Shown: positions 16,605 to 25,550, counted from the stretch's first letter. The stretch: DNA of 26,958 nucleotides from Thermomicrobiales bacterium (GCA_038331435.1 JBBQPB010000001.1:1-26958); one strand, 5' to 3'. Made by a program: numbers and translations. The notes: generated by a model from the letters alone, not told the origin.

Positions 16605-17066
16605 TCAGGGCAACACGCGAAAGCGGGTGCCTAGATTCACCGGTCGGAGACGAACGGTGCGCCGGTCAGGACCGGACGGATCGAGCTCGATCAGCAGATA
16701 TGCTGCTGGGAGCATCCCGGCAGCGCGCTCGGGCCATTCGATCAAGGTGATGGCGTCGGTATCGCCAATGAGATCGTCGAAGCCGAGTGTTTCGAGCTCA
16801 GTGGGATCGTCCAGCCGGTAGAGATCGATATGGCGCAGCACGGTGCCACTCGGCAAGATCGTTTCGGCCACGAGCGAAAAGGTCGGACTTTGGATCAGCT
16901 GCGCCATGCCAAGGGCGGGGCCGATCCCCTGGGTAAGGGTGGTCTTGCCAGCACCAAGATCGCCGTGTAGCAGAACGATGTCACCCGGTTCCAGCTGCGC
17001 GGCAATGCGCGCGCCAAGCGCGCGGGTTTCCGCTGCGGACGCGGTCTCGAAAATCAGATCGCTCAT
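16605..17066 (-). CDS. tsaE: tRNA t6A biosynthesis ATPase TsaE
   Basis: LHGDLGAGKTTL, IQSPTF, HIDLYRL and LIEWPE. ATGA overlap with the upstream ABC ATPase. Confidence 0.95.
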   Translation of the reverse strand: MSDLIFETASAAETRALGARIAAQLEPGDIVLLHGDLGAGKTTLTQGIGPALGMAQLIQSPTFSLVAETILPSGTVLRHIDLYRLDDPTELETLGFDDLIGDTDAITLIEWPERAAGMLPAAYLLIELDPSGPDRRTVRLRPVNLGTRFRVLP

Positions 17067-18097
17067 ACGGTCGCTTCTGGGGGAAAGGTGAGCACCGCCC
17101 CCCGAACTGAGATCCTCACATCGTCACCCGGTTGAAAGCCCGAATAGGCATTCGTGCGCGCACGCACCAGCGTGCCATCAGCGAGGATGCAATCCAGCAG
17201 CTGATCGTGCCCAAAGAAGAATCGGGAGCGAATCGACGCGGGAGCTCCTCCCGCCTCAGAAGCGAGCGCGAGTCGCAGGATCTCCGGACGAACCATGACA
17301 TCGACCGGCCCATTGGCTGGATTGACCGACGGGAGCCGGCCGAGCGCACAGGTCACGATTCGTCCCTCGCTCGTTCCCGCCAAAAACTGCGCTTCACCAA
17401 CGAACTCCGCAATCCGGCGCGACGCCGGCCGCAAGTAGAGTTCGTCCGGGCGGGCAATTTGCAGAATGCGCCCTTCCCACATCACTGCCACCCGGTCGGC
17501 CAGGCTCAGCGCTTCTTCCTGATCGTGCGTGACCAGCAGCGCGGTCACCCCGGTCTGCTTCAGGATGATCTGTACATCGGTTCGCAGACGCACGCGCAGC
17601 GCGGCATCGAGACTGGAAAAGGGCTCATCCAGCAAGATAACCGCTGGTTGCGGCGCCAGCGCGCGCGCCAACGCAACGCGTTGCTGTTGTCCGCCTGAAA
17701 GTTGATGAGGCAAGCGCTTTCCACTTCCCTCGAGGCCCACCAACGCCAGCGCCTCGTCCACGTGGCGGTCGCGATCGCCGTGTCTGAGACCAAACGCCAC
17801 GTTCTGCGCAACGGTCAGGTGGGGAAAGAGCGCGCCGTCCTGAAAGACCATTCCAACCTTGCGCTGTTCGGGCGGCACGGAGTGGGTGGCGTCGGCGACT
17901 CGAACGCCAGCAATCTCGATCGACCCGCTATCGGGGTCCTCGAACCCGGCAACCATGCGCAATGCAGTCGTTTTGCCGCACCCGCTTGGGCCGAGCAACG
18001 CCAGGATCTCGCCCGCGTCGATCTCGAGGTCGACTCCATCGACCGCAACCACCGACCCGAACTTCCGGGAAACACCCTCCAGCTTGAGCGCGGTCAT
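17063..18097 (-). CDS. fbpC: Fe3+ ABC transporter ATPase (FbpC/PotA-like)
   Basis: GPSGCGKT, VFQDGALFPHL, LSGGQQQR, LLDEPFS, THDQEEA and a C-terminal TOBE-like region. ATGA overlap with the permease. Confidence 0.85.
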   Translation of the reverse strand: MTALKLEGVSRKFGSVVAVDGVDLEIDAGEILALLGPSGCGKTTALRMVAGFEDPDSGSIEIAGVRVADATHSVPPEQRKVGMVFQDGALFPHLTVAQNVAFGLRHGDRDRHVDEALALVGLEGSGKRLPHQLSGGQQQRVALARALAPQPAVILLDEPFSSLDAALRVRLRTDVQIILKQTGVTALLVTHDQEEALSLADRVAVMWEGRILQIARPDELYLRPASRRIAEFVGEAQFLAGTSEGRIVTCALGRLPSVNPANGPVDVMVRPEILRLALASEAGGAPASIRSRFFFGHDQLLDCILADGTLVRARTNAYSGFQPGDDVRISVRGAVLTFPPEATV

Positions 18098-19752
18098 TCG
18101 GCCACACTCGTCTGCCGTTCGGTCTGCGAGCGGTTCAGCAGCACTATGGCAGGAACCACCGAGACCAATATCAGGAGCATCGCAGGGGCCGCAGCTCGGC
18201 CAAACGCACTGGTGTTGGACGCAGTCCAAACTTCGGTCGAAAGGGTTTCCATACCGGTCGGTCGCAATAACAGGGTCATCGGTAGCTCTTTGACCACCGT
18301 CAGGAAAATCAGCAATGCGCCCGCTCCGATACCCGGGAAGGCGAGCGGTACCGTGACGCGCCGCAACGTGCCTCGCGACGATTCCCCGAGTCCGCGTGAG
18401 GCATCCTCCAGCTTGGGATCGATCTGGAGCAGCGACGAGCGAATTGCGCCCACTGCTTGCGGAATGAACCGCACCAGATAGGCAACGAGCAGCAACGGCA
18501 CGGTTTGATAAAAGCGCGGCAGATAATTCGCTCCGATGAAGACGAAGGCAAGCCCGATGGCAAGTCCGGGAAGTCCATAGCCAACATAGGTTAGCCGCTC
18601 GATCGCAAGCGAGAATCGACTCCGGTAGCGTACCGCCAGCACCGCGACGGGTAGCGCCAGCGCGGTAGCCAGCAACGCGCCCAACCCGCCCAGCATGAGG
18701 GTGTTCCAGGTCGCGCTTCTGAGCTGGCCGAAGTCATCCCCCCGCCGCCAGGCCCGTACCAACCAATCGCTCAGGACCGCAATCGGCAAGACGAGCGACA
18801 GGCCGAGTACAACCAACACATAGCCCAGCGCCGGATACCGCCACCAGCCAAGATTCAGCTTGCGCGGCTTCCGGGCCACACCGGAGCCAAGGCGCGCCTG
18901 CCTGGCGCTTCCCCGCAATTTCATCTCCGCAACGAGGAGCGAAAGCGCGAAAACGATCAGCACGAGCGAGAGTGCAGCGGCATACGAACGGTCGAAAGAG
19001 GCGCGATATTGCACGTAGATCGCGCGGGTGAGCGAGTCGTAACGCAGCAGGGTGACGACGCCAAAGTCGCTGACCGTATAGAGTGCCGAGAGAAGCATTC
19101 CGGCCAGGATAGATGGCCGGAGCATCGGTAGCGTGATGGTGAAGAACGTCGGCAGCGCCCCGCGTCCTAGCCCGCGGGCAGCGTCCTCGATGGACGGGTC
19201 GAGTCCAGCGAGCGTGGCGCTGACATTGAGATAGACGTAGGGATAGGTGAAAAGCGAAAGGATCAACCAGGCACCGAAAAACCCATAGATCGAAGGAATC
19301 GATTCCAGGCCGAGCCAGCGTTGCAACCACCTCTGCAGATCGCCGCGCGGACCCAACGCGGCTACGTACGCGATGGCGCCGACATAGGAGGGGATCACCA
19401 GCGGCAGGATCGAAACCGCCGCAAAGATACGTCTCCCAGGAAGATCGGCGCGCAACGTGAGCCACGCCAACGGCACCGCAATCAACGCCGCTGTGATTGA
19501 GACCGCACCGGCCAACAAGGCGGTGTCGATGACCAGATCGAGGGTGCGCCGCCGGAAGACAAGCCGCAGCACGCCTTCGTCTGCTTGAGCGGCACGATAG
19601 ACCAGATAGATCAAGGGGAGCACCACTAGCGCCGCCACTAGAAGTGACGGCGCCAGCAGCTCTATCGGCATGGAGCGGGCCGAGCGACGGCGGAAGTGAG
19701 CGGATGCGCCCGTTCCCGTCGAACCAGGTTGCCCAATGGGAGGATTGGGCAC
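18094..19752 (-). CDS. fbpB: Fe3+ ABC transporter permease (duplicated-domain FbpB)
   Basis: Two EAA loops (IEDAARGLG, LEDASRGLG), YTVSDFG and KELP.TLLL. GTG start with GAGGA upstream. Confidence 0.85.
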   Translation of the reverse strand: MPNPPIGQPGSTGTGASAHFRRRSARSMPIELLAPSLLVAALVVLPLIYLVYRAAQADEGVLRLVFRRRTLDLVIDTALLAGAVSITAALIAVPLAWLTLRADLPGRRIFAAVSILPLVIPSYVGAIAYVAALGPRGDLQRWLQRWLGLESIPSIYGFFGAWLILSLFTYPYVYLNVSATLAGLDPSIEDAARGLGRGALPTFFTITLPMLRPSILAGMLLSALYTVSDFGVVTLLRYDSLTRAIYVQYRASFDRSYAAALSLVLIVFALSLLVAEMKLRGSARQARLGSGVARKPRKLNLGWWRYPALGYVLVVLGLSLVLPIAVLSDWLVRAWRRGDDFGQLRSATWNTLMLGGLGALLATALALPVAVLAVRYRSRFSLAIERLTYVGYGLPGLAIGLAFVFIGANYLPRFYQTVPLLLVAYLVRFIPQAVGAIRSSLLQIDPKLEDASRGLGESSRGTLRRVTVPLAFPGIGAGALLIFLTVVKELPMTLLLRPTGMETLSTEVWTASNTSAFGRAAAPAMLLILVSVVPAIVLLNRSQTERQTSVAE

Positions 19753-19778
19753 GATGTTCCTCTACAAAAACGCGATGA

Positions 19779-20873
19779 CTAGACGAGACCAACCTCGGCC
19801 AGCAGCGTTAGCGTACCCTCCAGGTCGGCCAGGTTGCTCAGGTCGATATCGGGCGAATCGAGCTCGGCCAATGCCGGCAGCCCCGGAGCGGTCGGCACGC
19901 CGGCCAGCATCGGATATTCGAACGTGTTCTCCGCAAAATACGTCTGCGCGTCCTCACCCAACAGGTAGTTCGCAAGCGCCAGGGCGCCCTCGGAGTTGGC
20001 GGAGGTTTTCAAGATTCCAAGTCCGGAGACATTGACCAACGAACCGATGTTGCCACCTTCGAAGAAATGGTTGGCTACCGGCAACTCAGTGCCTTCCTCC
20101 GCCGCGATCTCATAAATGTAGTAGTTGTTGACCAAGCCAGTCGCAATCTCACCGGCCGCAACCGCGCGAACAATATCGCCGTTACCTTCGAAGACGATCG
20201 TGCCGTTGTCGATCATGCCCTGCAGCCATTCGCGGGTCGCGTCCTCACCGTCCGTGACCCGCATGGCGGTCACGAAGGCCTGGAACGAGCCATTCGTCGG
20301 CGCCCAGCCCACCTTGCCGCTCCACGCATCGCCGGTCAGCTCCTGCACCGTGGCCGGCATATCGGCCTCGGTCAGCTCATCGGTGTTGTACACGAGCACG
20401 CGGGCGCGTCCCGTGACGCCAACCCACTTTCCATTGGCCGAGCGAAATCGAGGATCGACGATGTCGAGTGTTTCGGCTGGCAGCGACGCAAAGAGGCCAG
20501 CCGCCTCGATGGCGCCGAGCGCGCCGGCGTCCTGTGCGTAGTACACGTCAGCCGGGCTGTTCTTGCCCTCTTCGAGAATGGCGGCTGCCATCTCGGCGGT
20601 ATTACCGTAGCGAGCTTCGACGGCGATGCCAGTCGCCTCAGTGAACATCGCCAGCACAGGAGCAACCAGATCCTCAGAGCGGCCCGAGTAGACCGTGATG
20701 GATCCACTGGCAGCTGTTGCCGCTGGAGTGGCTTGCGCCAGTGCGCCAAGTCGTCCCACAGCAAGCGCTCCGGCGCCTGCCCCAGCCGCCGCCAGGAGGC
20801 GTCGCCGGTCGAGCGCAATCCCTGCCGCTGGTGTCGACGTGCCGTTCGTTGCCCGATCTGCCAACTTCCACAT
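19779..20873 (-). CDS. fbpA: Fe3+ ABC substrate-binding protein (FbpA/FutA-like), with Tat signal
   Basis: RRRLL Tat motif, VYSGR, EEGKNSPADV, GRARVLVYN, WAPTNGSFQAF and the iron-binding Tyr pair VNNYY. Start uncertain (20891, 20873 or 20864). Confidence 0.85.
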   Translation of the reverse strand: MWKLADRATNGTSTPAAGIALDRRRLLAAAGAGAGALAVGRLGALAQATPAATAASGSITVYSGRSEDLVAPVLAMFTEATGIAVEARYGNTAEMAAAILEEGKNSPADVYYAQDAGALGAIEAAGLFASLPAETLDIVDPRFRSANGKWVGVTGRARVLVYNTDELTEADMPATVQELTGDAWSGKVGWAPTNGSFQAFVTAMRVTDGEDATREWLQGMIDNGTIVFEGNGDIVRAVAAGEIATGLVNNYYIYEIAAEEGTELPVANHFFEGGNIGSLVNVSGLGILKTSANSEGALALANYLLGEDAQTYFAENTFEYPMLAGVPTAPGLPALAELDSPDIDLSNLADLEGTLTLLAEVGLV

Positions 20874-20889
20874 CCCTTTCCTGAAAACC

Positions 20890-20914
20890 AAATCCGACCC
20901 AAATAGTCGGATTT
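20890..20914. promoter_or_regulatory. 9-7-9 inverted repeat just upstream of fbpA
   Basis: aaatccgac (20890-20898), ccaaata, gtcggattt (20906-20914). Confidence 0.4.
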
Positions 20915-21099
20915 AGCCTAGCAAGCCTCACTGCCGGTCGTCAAGGGAATTCCTGGTCGATAACTCTATCTGCGTCGGTATTTCATGGTGGTTTATCCAT
21001 TTGCGCCCGATCGCTTCCCAGAATGAGATCGTGCGGCGCGCTTTCGGAACGGCGGTCCGTGCGAAATCCATCGAATGCGATGCTGGGAGGCAACATCAC

Positions 21100-23112
21100 A
21101 TGAACGAAGATCATTACGAGGGATCGAAAGAGAAGATCTATTCGATCAACGGCCGGGGCGACACCTTCGAATCGATCCTTGCCCGGCGGCTGCAGCGCCG
21201 CTCACTGTTGGCTGGGGCGGCCGCGGCGATTGGTGGGATTGTGGTGAACGGTGCGTTGGCGGGCGCGCAAGATGCGTCGCCTGTCGCGTCGCCCGAGGCA
21301 TCTCCTGGTGCGTCGCCGGTCGGCGTAGCTGACTCGCTCCGCTTCGCCGCCATCGAAGCCAGTGACGGCCCCGATCTGGTGGTGGCCGACGGCTACACCG
21401 CGGTTCCGTTTCTTGCCTGGGGCGAGCCGCTCTTTCCGGATGCGCCGGTCTTCGACGCCAATGCGCTGACCGCTGCCGCGCAGGCTCAGCAAGTCGGCTA
21501 TAACCACGACTTCTCAGGCTTTCTCCCGCTGCCGGTCGGCTCGGATACCTCCGACCACGGCCTGCTGGTCATCAACCACGAGTACACCAACCCAGAGTTG
21601 ATGTTCACCGGGTATCTGGTGCCGAATCCCGAGTTCACCGAGGGTTCGGAAGACATCCCTGAGTTCCTGGTGAATACCACCAGGGACTTCGTCGATGTCG
21701 AGCTGGAGGCGCATGGCGTGACCGTCGCCGAGATCCAGCGCAATGCCGAAGGCACCTGGGAGCTGGTCATCGACTCTCCCTACAACCGCCGTATCACGGC
21801 CACCACGCCGATCTTGTTAAGCGGACCCGTGGCTGGCAACGAGCTAACCATCACAACCGACGATCCGACCGGCACGTCGGTGCTTGGAACCCTCAACAAC
21901 TGCTCGGGCGGTCTCACTCCGTGGGGCACCTTCGTGACCTGCGAGGAGAACTTCCATCAGTACTTTGGAAACACTGAAGGCCTGGCCGAGGACGATCCGA
22001 AGCGCATCAGCCTGGATCGATTTGGACTGCCGGATGGCGCCTCCGAGCGGCAATGGGAAGCCTTCTACCCGCGCTTCGATGTCTCGCAAGAGCCGAATGA
22101 GGCGTTTCGCTTCGGGTGGGCAGTCGAGATCGATCCCTACAACGCCACTGCCCAGCCGAAGAAGCGCACATCGCTGGGACGCTTCAAGCATGAGGCCGTC
22201 AACCTGGCAGTCTCCCCAAGCGGTCAAGTGGCCGTGTACACCGGTGACGACGAGCGCTTCGAGTATGTGTACAAGTGGGTTTCTACCAACGCCTTCGACC
22301 CGAACGACCGCACCGCCAATGCCGATCTTCTGGACGACGGAACGCTGTATGTCGCAGTTTTCAACGAGGACGGCAGCGGCAACTGGATCCCGCTGGTGTA
22401 CGGGAAGAATGGCCTTGACGCGACCAACGACCTCGCTGACCAGGCCGCGATTCTGATCAACCCGCGCGTCGCGGGCGACATTGTTGGCGCCACCAAGATG
22501 GACCGCCCGGAAGACATCGAGGTCAACCCGGTCAACCAGAAGGTCTACATGGTGATGACCAACAACAACCGCCGCGGGGTGGATGACAACCCCGGAACCG
22601 ACGAGCCTAACCCGCGCCCGGAGAACATCTGGGGCCACATCATCGAGGTCACGGAAGCCAACAGCGACTTCGCGTCCACTGAATTCGAGTGGGACATCTT
22701 CCTACTCTGTGGCGATCCGGCCGATGAATCGACCTACTTCGCGGGGTTCCCGAAGGACAAGGTCAGCAAGATGGCTAACCCGGACAACATCACCTTCGAC
22801 ACCAAGGGGAACCTCTGGATCTCCACCGATGGCCAGCCGAGCTCGTTGAAGGTCAACGACGGCCTTTTCGCGGTACCAGTTGACGGTTCGGAACGGGGTT
22901 ACCTGCGGCAATTCTTCAGCTCGGTTCCCGGCTCTGAGGTTTCCGGGCCAATCTTCACCCCGGACGACACCACGCTCTTTGCCGCTATCCAGCATCCGGG
23001 TGAAGGAGGCACGTTCGACGAGCCGATCACCAGCTGGCCGGGCGAATCGGGTCCGCCTCGTCCGGCCATGATCATCATCCAATCCACGGTGGGCGGACCG
23101 ATCGGTTCCTGA
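21100..23112 (+). CDS. phoX: PhoX family alkaline phosphatase (Tat-exported)
   Basis: GGGAGG RBS and ATG at 21100; RRSLL; NHEY, LNNCSGG.TPWGT.VTCEENF, LGRFKHE, GDDERFEY.YK, MDRPED, NPDN, TDG and IQHPGE. Confidence 0.92.
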   Translation: MNEDHYEGSKEKIYSINGRGDTFESILARRLQRRSLLAGAAAAIGGIVVNGALAGAQDASPVASPEASPGASPVGVADSLRFAAIEASDGPDLVVADGYTAVPFLAWGEPLFPDAPVFDANALTAAAQAQQVGYNHDFSGFLPLPVGSDTSDHGLLVINHEYTNPELMFTGYLVPNPEFTEGSEDIPEFLVNTTRDFVDVELEAHGVTVAEIQRNAEGTWELVIDSPYNRRITATTPILLSGPVAGNELTITTDDPTGTSVLGTLNNCSGGLTPWGTFVTCEENFHQYFGNTEGLAEDDPKRISLDRFGLPDGASERQWEAFYPRFDVSQEPNEAFRFGWAVEIDPYNATAQPKKRTSLGRFKHEAVNLAVSPSGQVAVYTGDDERFEYVYKWVSTNAFDPNDRTANADLLDDGTLYVAVFNEDGSGNWIPLVYGKNGLDATNDLADQAAILINPRVAGDIVGATKMDRPEDIEVNPVNQKVYMVMTNNNRRGVDDNPGTDEPNPRPENIWGHIIEVTEANSDFASTEFEWDIFLLCGDPADESTYFAGFPKDKVSKMANPDNITFDTKGNLWISTDGQPSSLKVNDGLFAVPVDGSERGYLRQFFSSVPGSEVSGPIFTPDDTTLFAAIQHPGEGGTFDEPITSWPGESGPPRPAMIIIQSTVGGPIGS

Positions 23113-23143
23113 TCGGCCCACCGCCACTTTCTCCCCCTTTTTC

Positions 23144-23184
23144 ACGAACCGGGCGCTGGGTTTCCAGCCGCCCGGTTCGTTTTC
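23144..23184. terminator. Intrinsic terminator between convergent phoX and BKACE genes
   Basis: acgaaccgggcg-ctgg / ccag-c-cgcccggttcgt stem followed by tttc. Confidence 0.7.
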
Positions 23185-23235
23185 ACTCGTGGGACAGGGA
23201 CGTTCCGCCGGCCCTGTGGGTGGCATCGAACACGA

Positions 23236-23964
23236 CTACGGTCGCGCATACACCTCGGCCGCCGCTGAAACAAGCTCTGCGTTGCTGGTGACGCGCTTGC
23301 TTCTCGGTCCAACCAGTGTGTCTTCGAAACCGATGCGGGTGTCCCACTTTCGCCGCCTGGCGTCCCGCACCGCGAACCAGGCGAGCGGGCCATCGGTGTG
23401 TTGCAAGCGCGGGTTCATTGCGCCAAGCTGGTCCAGAGCACCATGAATAGCGTCGAAGCGTTGACGCGCGGCTGCCTCATCGGCCAGTTCTTCCCCCGCC
23501 GGTTCGATCAACAATCGAACGACCCCATTCGAAAAGATAAGAAGCGAACGAGCAAAGATCTCGACCTCCTCAGGCCGGCCGATACCGATCTCGACACCGA
23601 TTCCCGCCCCGATCAGCGTTTGCATGACCGTGACCGCGCCTTCTTCTGAGCAGTTCACCGAGGCATAGTCAGGTCCGTACCAGGTCCGTATCAGCGAAAG
23701 CCGCTTCTCGAAATCGGGCTCGATCCACGCGCCAGTCGAAACCCCCACGGGCACCCGAGCAGCTTCCTTTACCTGGCGACAGACCGCATAGATCGTCAAC
23801 GGGTCGAGGGTTTCCAGGCCATCCGAATCCCGCGGATGCATGTGGACCTCCGATGCCCCGGCGGCAACGCACGCGACGGCGTCTCGAACCAGCGCATCCG
23901 ATGTGCAGGGCACTCTCATTTGCTCATCGCAACGCCGCGAGCCATTCAACGCCGCCTGGATCAT
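23236..23964 (-). CDS. Beta-keto acid cleavage enzyme family protein (BKACE/Kce, DUF849)
   Basis: MIQAALNG, VP.T, AGASEVHMHPR (HxH), STG, ASVN and RIGFED. Confidence 0.8.
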   Translation of the reverse strand: MIQAALNGSRRCDEQMRVPCTSDALVRDAVACVAAGASEVHMHPRDSDGLETLDPLTIYAVCRQVKEAARVPVGVSTGAWIEPDFEKRLSLIRTWYGPDYASVNCSEEGAVTVMQTLIGAGIGVEIGIGRPEEVEIFARSLLIFSNGVVRLLIEPAGEELADEAAARQRFDAIHGALDQLGAMNPRLQHTDGPLAWFAVRDARRRKWDTRIGFEDTLVGPRSKRVTSNAELVSAAAEVYARP

Positions 23965-23968
23965 CCGC

Positions 23969-25051
23969 TCACCCTCGCAGCAATGCTTCCACCAGCGCGT
24001 CACCAACCGCTTTGGTCGTGGCGACTCCACCCAGATCGGGCGTTCTGGGTCCATTTTCTGTGGTCCACTCGATGGCGCGCATGACGCGAACCGCCTCATC
24101 GCGCAGGCCAAGGTGCTGCAACATCATGGCTGCGCTCCAGACCGCCGCGATAGGGTTCGCAATTCCGAGCCCGGCAATGTCCGGCGCGGAGCCATGCACT
24201 GGCTCGAACATGCTGGGGTATCGGCGTTCAGGGTCGATATTGGCGCTGGCGGCAATACCTAAACTGCCGGCAATGGCGCCGCCCAGATCGGAAAGGATGT
24301 CGCCGAACAGGTTCGATCCCACGATAACGTCGAACGCCTCCGGCCGAAGTACCAGCTTGGCAGCCATGGCATCGACCAGAATCGATTCGGTGGCAATCCC
24401 GGGATAGTCGAGCGATACGCGGATGAAGGTTTCGTCCCAAAGGGTCATGGCGTATTGCTGGGCATTGCTCTTGGTCACGCTGGTGACTTTCTTGCGAGGT
24501 CGCGTCTCCGCCAGCTCGAAGGCGTAGCGGATGATGCGCTCGCAGCCATGGGAGGTGAACAACGCTGACTGGATGGCGACTTCGCGATCGACACCTCTTG
24601 CCGCCAGGTTTCTTCCTCCCAGCCCGGCGTACTCCCCTTCGGAGTTCTCCCGTACCACGACGAAATCGATGGTTTCTGGGGTTCCATTGCGCAGTGGGCT
24701 CTCGATCCCGGGCAACAACACCCCCGGCCGCACGCAGGCGTACTGATCGAATCCCTGGCAGATCGCCAGGCGCAGCCCCCAGAGGGCGACATGATCCGGC
24801 ACGTCCGGCCAACCCACCGCGCCGAAGTAGATTGCGTCGAAGTTCCTGAGCTGGTCCAGACCGTCAGGAGCCATCATGACCCCATTGGCGAGATAGTACT
24901 CGCACCCCCAGGGGAACCATTCGAACTCGAACGCGAGCCTGCCATTGCTGGACCGCTGGAGCGCCTCGAGCATTTGAAGACCGACCGGAACGACCTCATT
25001 GCCGATTCCGTCCCCGGGAATAACCGCGATCCGAAAAGATTGCTTACTCAT
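23969..25051 (-). CDS. Tartrate dehydrogenase/decarboxylase (D-malate dehydrogenase; TtuC/DmlA family)
   Basis: IAVIPGDGIGNEV, AIYFGAVGWP, VPDHVALWG, FDQYACVRP, RENSEGEY, TSVTKSN, SNLFGDILSDL and EPVHGSAPDI. VPDH..LW and TKSN distinguish this subfamily from LeuB/IDH. Confidence 0.85.
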   Translation of the reverse strand: MSKQSFRIAVIPGDGIGNEVVPVGLQMLEALQRSSNGRLAFEFEWFPWGCEYYLANGVMMAPDGLDQLRNFDAIYFGAVGWPDVPDHVALWGLRLAICQGFDQYACVRPGVLLPGIESPLRNGTPETIDFVVVRENSEGEYAGLGGRNLAARGVDREVAIQSALFTSHGCERIIRYAFELAETRPRKKVTSVTKSNAQQYAMTLWDETFIRVSLDYPGIATESILVDAMAAKLVLRPEAFDVIVGSNLFGDILSDLGGAIAGSLGIAASANIDPERRYPSMFEPVHGSAPDIAGLGIANPIAAVWSAAMMLQHLGLRDEAVRVMRAIEWTTENGPRTPDLGGVATTKAVGDALVEALLRG

Positions 25052-25550
25052 CGTTCCCCATCGAGGGTCCAGCGGCCGGACCGATTGCTTCAATGGCGTC
25101 ACCAACTCGAATCGTGCCGCCTTGCACGATCCGCGCTCGCAATCCTCCGGTGCGCACGAGCGTCTTCATCACCTTCTTGCCAGTCAGCTCCTCAAGATGA
25201 ACGCAGGGCGGACACGCACGTACTCCCTCGCAAACGACATCGCCGACAGTGAATGTCTGTCCGATCAGCGCATCGAGCACTACGCCGGTGGTGATCAGAT
25301 TGCGACGAGATTCGACTGCCGAGAACGCAATTCCGCTTTCTTCGGTGACCTGCGCGATGGCGCGCTCGTCGATCAAGGTGAGTTCGCGCGCGCCTGCGGT
25401 GATTGGATTGTTCGAGTAGAAGCCAACGCCAAGGGCGTAACGGTCGCCGGCGAGTCCTTTTCCAGGAAGCGCTTCGGCTGCTTGCTGGCCAATCATCGGC
25501 TCATTGGCCGCGCTCGTGGTAAAGATCCCCAGAACTGTGCCCGCGGTCAC
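25044..25550 (-). CDS. MOSC domain-containing protein
   Basis: GLAGDRY, RELTLI, RRNLITTG, CPPC and GGLRARIV.GG.IRVGD. GAGGAG RBS; overlaps the start of the dehydrogenase gene. Confidence 0.85.
   Translation of the reverse strand: MTAGTVLGIFTTSAANEPMIGQQAAEALPGKGLAGDRYALGVGFYSNNPITAGARELTLIDERAIAQVTEESGIAFSAVESRRNLITTGVVLDALIGQTFTVGDVVCEGVRACPPCVHLEELTGKKVMKTLVRTGGLRARIVQGGTIRVGDAIEAIGPAAGPSMGNDE

Noticed and set aside
18734-19792. 352-aa Arg/Ser-rich minus-strand ORF
   Set aside because: Alternative frame overlapping fbpB; low-complexity composition.
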